The notes under the pieces: model-generated
The model's input: the letters and a program-made list of their open reading frames with translations, nothing else
What the model was told of the DNA's origin: nothing
The model's database searches: none
Part shown: piece by piece, positions 9,140-16,144 of the stretch
Numbering within the stretch: position 1 is the first letter of the stretch
How the letters are laid out: every line of letters begins with the position of its first letter
DNA from: Dickeya dadantii NCPPB 898
GTDB taxonomy: Bacteria; Pseudomonadota; Gammaproteobacteria; Enterobacterales; Enterobacteriaceae
NCBI RefSeq assembly: GCF_000406145.1
Contig: NZ_CM001976.1
Location: forward strand, 3,203,206-3,235,205
DNA length: 32,000 nucleotides
Direction of reading: 5' to 3'
Position numbers and translations under genes: made by a program

Positions 9140-10267
9140 TTAACCCTCCCGGGATGCGTTGCCGGCGTCCTGCTGTTTTTGCTGGCGACCCAGTTCACGC
9201 ACCGCCATCAGGCTGACGCCCGCCACCGCCCCCAGCACGCCGCCGATAAGCCCGGTGGCCGTGGCGGAACTGTTGCCGCCTTCCGGGCTGGTGACCGACG
9301 GTTTCTCGACCCGCGGCGTCGGGTTTTCCACGTTGGCCAGTTGGAAAATACCCTTGGTAAACCCGATGCCCTCCTCGTTACAGCCATAGCACGGATGACC
9401 AATCCCCACCGGCCAGATACCACCACCCACGTCGCAGAATTCCAGCGTCGGGCAGTTGCCGTAGGTTTCCGGCCCCTTGCAACCCAGATGGTAGAGGCAC
9501 CACCCCTGACGGTGCCCTTCGTCGCCGAACTCTTTGGCGAAGCGGCCGGCGTCGAAATGCGGGCGACGCTCGCAGTTTTCGTGGATCAGTCGGGCATAGG
9601 CGAAGGTAGGACGGTTCTGGCTGTCGAGCGCCGGCGCGCGCTGATAGGTGATGATGTGCGCCACGGTCGCCAGGAAGTTGTGCGGATTGGGCGGGCAACC
9701 GGGAATATTGATAACGGTTTTGCCCGGCAACACCGCCTGCAAGCTGGCGGCGCCGGTCGGGTTGGAACCGCTGGCCGGCACCCCGCCCCAGGCGGAGCAG
9801 GAACCGATGGCGACGATCGCCGCGGCATGCTCGGCGGCAGCGCGGATATGTTCGACAATCGGCTTGCCGGCCACCATGCAGTAAATACCGCCATCTTTCA
9901 GCGGGATGGAGCCGTCTACCACCAGTACGTATTTGCCTTTGTACTGCTCGATAGCGCGGTGTTTGTTTTCTTCCGCCTGCTCGCCAAACGCGGCGGAGAG
10001 GACTTCGTGATATTCCAGCGAGATAGTATTCAGCAGCAGATTTTCAATGGTCGGGTGGGTGGCGCGCAGCAGGGATTCGGTACATCCGGTACATTCCTGC
10101 GCGCCAATCCAGATCACCGGCGGACGCTGGGGGGACGTCAGTGACTGGGCCATTTCTGCGGCGGCGGCCTCTTTCAACCCCATGGTGGCGGCAAGTGCTG
10201 CACATAGCTTCATAAAATCACGGCGATTGATGCCGTGATGGGAAAGCATCATATTTTCCCCATTCAT
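9140..10267 (-). CDS. hybO: [NiFe]-hydrogenase 2 small subunit
   Basis: ORF 9140..10267, 375 aa (E. coli HybO is 372 aa). Tat leader HGINRRDFMKLCAALAATMGL. Fe-S ligand blocks ECTGCTES, GSCSAWGG, GCPPNP and HPCYGCNE. C-terminal TM anchor GLIGGVLGAVAGVSLMAV. AGGAGA about 10 nt upstream of the ATG. Confidence 0.95.
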   Translation of the reverse strand: MNGENMMLSHHGINRRDFMKLCAALAATMGLKEAAAAEMAQSLTSPQRPPVIWIGAQECTGCTESLLRATHPTIENLLLNTISLEYHEVLSAAFGEQAEENKHRAIEQYKGKYVLVVDGSIPLKDGGIYCMVAGKPIVEHIRAAAEHAAAIVAIGSCSAWGGVPASGSNPTGAASLQAVLPGKTVINIPGCPPNPHNFLATVAHIITYQRAPALDSQNRPTFAYARLIHENCERRPHFDAGRFAKEFGDEGHRQGWCLYHLGCKGPETYGNCPTLEFCDVGGGIWPVGIGHPCYGCNEEGIGFTKGIFQLANVENPTPRVEKPSVTSPEGGNSSATATGLIGGVLGAVAGVSLMAVRELGRQQKQQDAGNASREG

Positions 10268-10273
10268 TCTTTA

Positions 10274-10339
10274 TTATTCTCCTGTAACCAGGTCGAAGTA
10301 ACACATTTACGTGTCGGCATAGAATAATGAGGAGAATAA
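10274..10339 (-). repeat. Perfect 10-bp inverted repeat pairing the hybO Shine-Dalgarno with an upstream anti-SD
   Basis: Plus strand TTATTCTCCT (10274-10283) and AGGAGAATAA (10330-10339) are exact reverse complements, 46 nt apart. On the hybO mRNA strand the downstream arm AGGAGAATAA is the hybO SD. The repeat itself is certain; its function is inferred. Confidence 0.5.
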
Positions 10340-10349
10340 CGTCACCGAT

Positions 10350-10363
10350 TTGATCTCTATCAA
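10350..10363. promoter_or_regulatory. FNR-type binding site (TTGAT-N4-ATCAA)
   Basis: Exact match to the FNR consensus half-sites: TTGAT (10350-10354), ctct, ATCAA (10359-10363). Its centre lies about 89 bp upstream of the hybO ATG. A -10-like TATTCT or CATTAT (minus strand, 10321-10329) sits where a class II (-41.5/-42.5) FNR promoter would need it. Confidence 0.5.
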
Positions 10364-10812
10364 TCGGCCGGGGAATAACCATTTTATTTGTGCGTCTTCT
10401 GTGAGGATCTCCGCGACATTTCTTTTTTAAACGCCCGGCATGTCAGATTAAATGAGAAAATATCTCAATGCGTAACAAACGGATAATTTTTTTGTGATCC
10501 ATAATTGCTTAATCGATTTAACAGCGGCTTATATCAGTTATAATAAAAATATTATCATATTGATTTTAATTGGTTTTATTTGTTTTCTACTTGAGCGGAT
10601 TTTATTTTTCCATTATTCGCTTGCATTTGCCATCCGCCACCAGTCAATTCAGTTACTTTAGATACTTTACTTTCAAAATCATGATTGCGGGATAATGTCT
10701 CTGTCTAAACGAAAGATAAAAGCGCACGCTGCGGTTGTTTTTTATACAAGGTTATTTCTTTCTCTCGCCACGCCTGATTCTTGTCCGTCGCCTTTTTAAC
10801 ATTTCAGGCAAT

Positions 10813-10846
10813 AAAAAAAGCAGCCGACAAGCGACTGCTTTTTTAC
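10813..10846 (-). terminator. Rho-independent terminator downstream of ybiT (symmetrical A-run/T-run)
   Basis: AAAAAAA-GCAGcCG-acaag-CGaCTGC-TTTTTT. On the minus strand the stem is followed by a 7-T run, 14 nt after the ybiT stop. Confidence 0.6.
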
Positions 10847-10859
10847 GAAAGGCAAAACG

Positions 10860-12452
10860 TTATTGGATTCCGCGGCTGCGCAGATAATCTTCGTAGTTGC
10901 CGCTGAAATCAATCACTTTACCCGGGGTGATTTCCACAATACGGTTCGCCAGCGAGCTGACGAATTCACGGTCGTGAGACACGAACAGCAGCGTGCCCTG
11001 ATACAGCTCCAGCGCCATGTTCAGCGATTCAATGGATTCCATATCCAGGTGGTTGGTCGGTTCGTCCATCACCAGAATGTTCGGTTTTTCCATCATCAAC
11101 TTACCAAACAGCATCCGTCCCTTTTCACCTCCGGACAGTACCTTGACCTTCTTGCGGATATCGTCCTGAGAAAACAGCAGACGACCCAGCACGCTGCGCA
11201 CCGCCTGCTCGTCGTCGTTCTCCTGCTTCCACTGGCTCATCCAGTCAAACACGGTGAGATCGCCGTCAAACTCGTACTCGTGATCCTGCGCGTAATAGCC
11301 AATACGGACGTTTTCCGACCATTTGACCGTACCGGACTCCGGCGTCAGTTCGCCGACCAGCGTTTTCAGCAGGGTAGATTTACCGATCCCGTTCGTACCG
11401 AGAATCGCCACTTTCTCCCCCACTTCCACCAGCATTTTCAGTTGGCTGAACAGCGGGCCGTTATCAAAGCCTTTGGTCAACCCATCGATTTCCAGCGCGT
11501 TACGGAACAGTTTCTTGTCCTGATCGAAGCGGATAAACGGGTTCTGACGGCTGGACGCTTTCACTTCTTCCAGCTGGATTTTCTCTATCTGACGGGCGCG
11601 GGACGTCGCCTGACGCGATTTGGAGGCATTGGCGCTAAAGCGGCTGACAAACGACTGCAGGTCGGCGATCTGCGCCTTCTTCTTGGCGTTGTCGGCTAGC
11701 AGACGTTCACGCGCCTGCGTCGCCGCCGTCATGTACTCGTCATAGTTGCCTGGGTAGATACGCAATTCGCCGTAGTCCAGATCCGCCATGTGAGTGCAAA
11801 CCATATTGAGGAAGTGACGGTCATGGGAAATGATGATCATGGTGCTGCTGCGCTCGTTCAGCACCTGCTCCAGCCAGCGGATGGTATCAATGTCCAGGTT
11901 GTTGGTTGGTTCGTCCAGCAGCAGAATATCCGGATTGGAAAACAGCGCCTGCGCCAGCAATACACGCAGTTTCCAGCCCGGCGCCACCTCGCTCATCAAC
12001 CCGTAATGCTGCTCCATCGGAATCCCTACGCCCAGCAGCAGTTCGCCGGCGCGCGATTCCGCGCTGTAACCATCCATTTCGCCGTATTTGACTTCCAGAT
12101 CCGCGACCCGGTAACCATCTTCCTCGCTCATTTCGCTCAGCGCATAGATACGGTCGCGTTCTTCTTTGACTTCCCACAGTTCGGCGTGCCCCATGATCAC
12201 CGTATCCAGCACGCTGTATTGCTCAAATGCGAACTGATCCTGGCGCAGTTTACCGACCCGCTCATTCGTGTCGATGGCGACATTGCCTGCGCTCGGCGCC
12301 AGATCGCCGCCGAGGATCTTCATAAATGTGGATTTGCCGCAGCCGTTAGCGCCGATCAATCCATAGCGGTTACCGCCGCCAAATTTGACAGAAATGTTTT
12401 CAAACAACGGCTTACTGCCGAATTGCATCGTAATATTATTGGTTACCAGCAC
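10860..12452 (-). CDS. ybiT: ABC-F family ATPase YbiT
   Basis: ORF 10860..12452, 530 aa, the same length as E. coli YbiT, with a near-identical N-terminus (ML...[44 protein letters not shown]). Two ABC cassettes: Walker [10 protein letters not shown] and GTNGIGKST, signature LSGGEKGR, Walker [10 protein letters not shown] and ILVMDEPTN. No TM domain. The start codon is GTG. Confidence 0.93.
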   Translation of the reverse strand: MLVTNNITMQFGSKPLFENISVKFGGGNRYGLIGANGCGKSTFMKILGGDLAPSAGNVAIDTNERVGKLRQDQFAFEQYSVLDTVIMGHAELWEVKEERDRIYALSEMSEEDGYRVADLEVKYGEMDGYSAESRAGELLLGVGIPMEQHYGLMSEVAPGWKLRVLLAQALFSNPDILLLDEPTNNLDIDTIRWLEQVLNERSSTMIIISHDRHFLNMVCTHMADLDYGELRIYPGNYDEYMTAATQARERLLADNAKKKAQIADLQSFVSRFSANASKSRQATSRARQIEKIQLEEVKASSRQNPFIRFDQDKKLFRNALEIDGLTKGFDNGPLFSQLKMLVEVGEKVAILGTNGIGKSTLLKTLVGELTPESGTVKWSENVRIGYYAQDHEYEFDGDLTVFDWMSQWKQENDDEQAVRSVLGRLLFSQDDIRKKVKVLSGGEKGRMLFGKLMMEKPNILVMDEPTNHLDMESIESLNMALELYQGTLLFVSHDREFVSSLANRIVEITPGKVIDFSGNYEDYLRSRGIQ

Positions 12453-12665
12453 AGCACTTACTCGATTCGGAATGTGATTTGGCGCGCATTATGCCACAAG
12501 CGGGAAACAGAATCCCGGCGATTATCGAACGTTTTTTAATCAAATAAGGAATTGATATCCCGCCGTCGCGGCGTCACCGTGCGAGCACGCCTGACGACAG
12601 GCACGACAACATCTTGTTAACCGTACATAATGAGCGTTGCCCCAGATCGCAGAAGGAAAGATCAG

Positions 12666-13547
12666 ATGTCGTCACCACGCCGTTTTAAACAGGTCGATGT
12701 GTTCAGCCATCATCCCGCCAAAGGCAATCCGCTGGCCGTCATTCTCGACGCCGACGGCCTCAGCGATGAACAGATGCAGGCCATTGCCCGCTGGACCAAT
12801 TTGTCGGAAACCACCTTTGTGCTGCCGCCGGACGATCCGCTGGCTGATTATCGGGTGCGTATTTTCACCCCGTCGGGAGAATTGCCATTCGCCGGGCATC
12901 CGACGCTGGGAACCGCGCATGCGTTGCTGGAATCCGGCCTGAAGCCGCACGTACCACATCAGATGATCCAGCAATGCGGCGTCGGGCTGGTGCCGGTCGC
13001 TATCGGCGATGACGGCCAACTCGCGTTTCGCGCGCCGGACGTCACGATGACCGAGCTCGACCCGCAGTATGACGCGTTGCTCGACAGCGCCATCGGGATC
13101 CATCGGCGTCATCCAAACTATCGTCCCGTCAACGTGCGGATAGGCATCCGCTGGCTGACGGTAAGGATGGAGAGCGCACGCGCCTGTCTGGACGCGCGCC
13201 CGGATGCCACGCATCTGCAACGATTGCAGCAACTCGGCCAGACTGACGGCGTAGTGATTTACGGCCCGCATGACAACGCCAGCCCCACCGATTATGAAGT
13301 TCGGGCCTTCTTTGTTATGAATGATGCGGTGGTGGAAGACCCGGTAACCGGCAGCGCCAACGCCTGTATTGCCAGAGTGATTCAGCATAGCCCGTTGCCG
13401 GAACAGACGGACCATACGCTCGGTTATCGGGTACGTCAGGGCACCATGTTGTACCGGGATGGTCGGGTCAATATTTCCTACATTGACGGGCAGCCGTGGA
13501 TTGGCGGCCACAGCAACACCTTGATTAACGGGCATATTACTCTATAA
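12666..13547 (+). CDS. PhzF/YddE-family isomerase-like protein
   Basis: ORF 12630..13547. Start set at the second Met (12666, MSSPRRFKQVDVFS), which has AAGGAA 7-8 nt upstream. Family hallmarks: FKQVDVF....GNPLAV, the catalytic-Glu block NLSETTFV, and FAGHPTLG. About 293 aa. Confidence 0.85.
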   Translation: MSSPRRFKQVDVFSHHPAKGNPLAVILDADGLSDEQMQAIARWTNLSETTFVLPPDDPLADYRVRIFTPSGELPFAGHPTLGTAHALLESGLKPHVPHQMIQQCGVGLVPVAIGDDGQLAFRAPDVTMTELDPQYDALLDSAIGIHRRHPNYRPVNVRIGIRWLTVRMESARACLDARPDATHLQRLQQLGQTDGVVIYGPHDNASPTDYEVRAFFVMNDAVVEDPVTGSANACIARVIQHSPLPEQTDHTLGYRVRQGTMLYRDGRVNISYIDGQPWIGGHSNTLINGHITL

Positions 13548-13565
13548 CACACGGTTCCGCCCGCT

Positions 13566-13592
13566 AACGGGCCGCCAGAACAGCGGCCCGTT
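13566..13592 (+). terminator. GC-rich hairpin after the PhzF-family gene (possible terminator)
   Basis: AACGGGCCG (13566-13574), 9-nt loop, CGGCCCGTT (13584-13592), starting 19 nt after the stop. The 3' tail is ATTCCTTC, not a clean U-tract. Confidence 0.35.
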
Positions 13593-13625
13593 ATTCCTTC
13601 AGCAATGCCGTTGCCTTCAAAATAA

Positions 13626-13641
13626 TGTGACTTTCATCACG
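13626..13641 (+). promoter_or_regulatory. CRP-type palindrome 1 (TGTGA-N6-TCACg)
   Basis: aaTGTGActttcaTCACGaa, 9 of 10 core positions of TGTGA-N6-TCACA, just upstream of the -35 of the small-gene promoter. Confidence 0.4.
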
Positions 13642-13647
13642 AAAAAG

Positions 13648-13676
13648 TTGAAATAGCATTCCTTATCCATTATTAT
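13648..13676 (+). promoter_or_regulatory. Sigma70 promoter for the 29-codon gene
   Basis: TTGAAA (13648-13653), a 17-nt spacer, then TATTAT (13671-13676). Predicted +1 is near 13683. Confidence 0.5.
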
Positions 13677-13682
13677 CAAAAA

Positions 13683-13698
13683 CGTGATGAACATCACA
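13683..13698 (+). promoter_or_regulatory. CRP-type palindrome 2 / operator at +1 (cGTGA-N6-TCACA)
   Basis: cGTGAtgaacaTCACA. It contains the perfect dyad GTGATG-aa-CATCAC (13684-13697), positioned over the predicted transcription start. Confidence 0.4.
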
Positions 13699-13730
13699 CA
13701 AAACCTCAACCACGATAATGGAGACAGCAC

Positions 13731-13820
13731 ATGAACGCATTCATCAATTTCTTCAAAAAACTGGGCGACATCTACGTAAGCTACTGCGAACGCATCGGTT
13801 CCATCATCAGCCCGTTTTAA
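13731..13820 (+). CDS. Candidate small protein, 29 aa, amphipathic helix (MNAFINFFKKLGDIYVSYCERIGSIISPF)
   Basis: ATG at 13731 with GGAGA (13720-13724) 6 nt upstream; TAA at 13818-13820. It is flanked by a near-consensus promoter upstream and a strong intrinsic terminator 18 nt downstream. It is below the size cut-off of the supplied ORF track. Confidence 0.5.
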   Translation: MNAFINFFKKLGDIYVSYCERIGSIISPF

Positions 13821-13838
13821 CATGAGCGCCGTAGACTA

Positions 13839-13876
13839 AAAGCCGCCACACTCATCCTGGCGGCTTTAGTTTTTTC
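13839..13876. terminator. Strong intrinsic terminator, apparently bidirectional (small gene on +, multicopper oxidase on -)
   Basis: AAAGCCGCC (13839-13847), 11-nt loop, GGCGGCTTT (13859-13867), then AGTTTTTT on the + strand. On the - strand the same stem is followed by TTTT. It sits between the convergent 3' ends at 13820 and 13931. Confidence 0.7.
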
Positions 13877-13930
13877 AGCCCCTTCCGGCAATATCCCGCA
13901 GTTTTCTCCATCCCTGTATCTGATTTCTGG

Positions 13931-16144
13931 TCACTTCGCTGGCGCGGTTTGGTTCCTCTGCGTTTGCGGCAGCACAATCTCGACATTTTGCATCATTCCC
14001 TTATCCTCATGGTCCAGAATGTGGCAATGCAATACGAATTCACCGATATAACGCTGATAGCGGGTTCTCAGCAGAATGCGGTAATAGTTTTGCGGCGTGC
14101 TAGTCAACTGGCCGGGCAACAGGTTGGTTTTGACGAAAATCGTGTCTTTCCACTGCCCTTTCAATCCGGCAAACTGGCTGTCGCCATCGGCTTCCGTGAC
14201 GCCGGGCAGGCTGACATCACGCCCTTGAGGGTCGTAAATCGCGACAATCTGGAACGGATTCACATGGATATGAAATGGATGACTGACGCTGTACGAGCGC
14301 AGTTCCCATTCTTGCGACGCCCATAGCGGCAACTTTATATCGATGCGGTTAGGATCATAAGCCTTTATCTGTTTCGGTAACCACACACCGTTAACTTTTT
14401 CGACGCCAAAATCGTGACCAATGGCGAAGATGTTTGCTTTATTCGGCTGTGTGCCTCCGGCAAAAAAGACGATTTTCTGTTTTGGCTGACCGGCAATCTC
14501 TTCATCACTCACATCCCTTGTATGCGGAGCGAACCGGGTGAGATAGATCTGGTTATCATCACGATTCAGGTCATGAATGATCTCCTGCCGAACCTCCTCC
14601 GGCATCAGCTTTTGCGCCGAATAGGTCAGCTTCCGTCGTAAGGCCGGCACAAAATCCTGCACCGCAATATTGTCCGTCCCGGATACGGAAACAAACCCCA
14701 GCAAACTGTTGCCCTGAGCGTTACCGGTAATACTGCCGGTCATAGACTGGGATGGCTGGATCATGCAATAACCGCCCGCTTGCGGAAACATCGCCAGCAA
14801 ATCATAGCGGTACCCCGGCTGTAACGTTACCTTATCCGCCGTCAGCGAATGGGACATGGTTAGTCCATCAGCGGCGACCACCTGGAAAGGCACTTTTTCA
14901 CCAGAACAGAGTTCGTTAATCAGCGCACCCACGTCCTGACGGCGTAAATTGCCCAGATACGCCTTGCGATGCAATTCGTTAAGACTCTGACCCGCTTTTA
15001 TCTTACGGAATTCCAGATTGATGGTTTCCCGCACCCCGGCGTGAATCAGCCGCCAGCGCTCTACCTGCCCGGCGGTGGCTTTAAAGGTAGGCAGCACCAC
15101 GCCGTTGATGCTGGTCCAGCGGCCGGACGCCTGCCAGGTGCCGGGGCCAAACTGATCGTAACTTTCAATCACGCCGGTCTCATTCGGGCGGCACTCCCAG
15201 TTGATATTGCCCTGCTTATCCCGCTTCAGCTTCCCGTCCTTTCCTAAACAAGCGTACTGGATCTGCTGGAACAATACGGTGTGCTCAGGGAACGGCTTCT
15301 GAGTATCGGGGTCAATCAGCAGTGTATCCAGATCGCCATTCGACGATGCGGTAGGTTTGCGGTCACCGTGAATGATCAGCGCTCCCGCCATGCCGCTGGA
15401 AACCTGCAACGCGGTAGAGCCATGCCGGTGTGTGTGATACCAAAGCGTGCCGGCCGGAATATCCTGCGAGAAGTTGTACTGGTATTCAAAGCTGTTGCCC
15501 GGATTCACCGACAGCAGCACATTGTCGCTGTTGCCTGCCGGGCTGATCCAGGCGCCGTGGGCATGCAGGTTGGTACCATTAAAGCAGTGAGGCGGATCAA
15601 ACAGTTTCGATGACGATCTCGAATCGTCCGCCGCTGGTTGTGCCATGCCGGTATGAGTCGGCATCGACATCTTCCCGTTCTCCATCTGATGCGGCTGACA
15701 ACTGCTATCTACCGGCAAATTGTTCTTAAGCAGGATACGCACCGTATCGCCGGGCATGACATCAATCTGCGGCGCCACAAACGGCGCCCCGATAACCGGC
15801 TGCCTGTCCGTACTGCCGGTGTATCCCCGTAAATGCACCTTCTGGAAACGGTTTTGCGACGGATCATAAATTTTCCCATCCACATACCCGACATCCAATT
15901 CATAATATTTTTCTCTGTTTCCCTCCTGCACCCCACTAAAATGATTCTGCAATAGCGACCTGGTCAGTCGCTGCAAATGCGGCGGATTTTCAAATAGAAA
16001 AGCAGCTTCTTTATTTTCATCCAGCGTCTTCTCATTTTCTGCCGATGGGCCATCGGCATGGCTATCAAATACCACCAATGTCAGCAGGAAAATAAAAATA
16101 TCCCGACATGTCACTCTGTATCCAACCTTGTCATATGTTGCCAT
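13931..16144 (-). CDS. Three-domain multicopper oxidase (laccase-like), 737 aa, Sec-type leader
   Basis: ORF 13931..16144 with AGGGGA about 8 nt upstream of the ATG. All four MCO copper motifs are present: NLHAHG (aa 192-197), WYHTHRHG (235-242), HPFHIHVNPF (about 636), and HCHILDHEDKGM (H706-C707-H708, H712, M717; nt 13994-14029). The N-terminus MATYDKVGYRVTCRDIFIFLLTLVVFDSHA|DG looks like a signal peptide without a twin-Arg motif. Confidence 0.9.
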   Translation of the reverse strand: MATYDKVGYRVTCRDIFIFLLTLVVFDSHADGPSAENEKTLDENKEAAFLFENPPHLQRLTRSLLQNHFSGVQEGNREKYYELDVGYVDGKIYDPSQNRFQKVHLRGYTGSTDRQPVIGAPFVAPQIDVMPGDTVRILLKNNLPVDSSCQPHQMENGKMSMPTHTGMAQPAADDSRSSSKLFDPPHCFNGTNLHAHGAWISPAGNSDNVLLSVNPGNSFEYQYNFSQDIPAGTLWYHTHRHGSTALQVSSGMAGALIIHGDRKPTASSNGDLDTLLIDPDTQKPFPEHTVLFQQIQYACLGKDGKLKRDKQGNINWECRPNETGVIESYDQFGPGTWQASGRWTSINGVVLPTFKATAGQVERWRLIHAGVRETINLEFRKIKAGQSLNELHRKAYLGNLRRQDVGALINELCSGEKVPFQVVAADGLTMSHSLTADKVTLQPGYRYDLLAMFPQAGGYCMIQPSQSMTGSITGNAQGNSLLGFVSVSGTDNIAVQDFVPALRRKLTYSAQKLMPEEVRQEIIHDLNRDDNQIYLTRFAPHTRDVSDEEIAGQPKQKIVFFAGGTQPNKANIFAIGHDFGVEKVNGVWLPKQIKAYDPNRIDIKLPLWASQEWELRSYSVSHPFHIHVNPFQIVAIYDPQGRDVSLPGVTEADGDSQFAGLKGQWKDTIFVKTNLLPGQLTSTPQNYYRILLRTRYQRYIGEFVLHCHILDHEDKGMMQNVEIVLPQTQRNQTAPAK

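Noticed and set aside
10654-10669. Direct heptamer repeat TACTTTA x2 (10654-10660 and 10663-10669), considered as NarL/NarP heptamers.
   Set aside because: It mismatches the TACYYMT consensus at positions 6 and 7, the direct 9-bp arrangement is not the 7-2-7 inverted layout, and the site lies about 390 bp from hybO. The evidence is too weak to call.
13617-13823. 68-aa minus-strand ORF in the track (MLKRADDGTDAF...).
   Set aside because: It has no SD, no promoter and odd composition. It lies exactly antisense to a + strand unit that has a consensus promoter, an SD, a 29-codon ORF and a terminator, so the + strand reading explains the region better.
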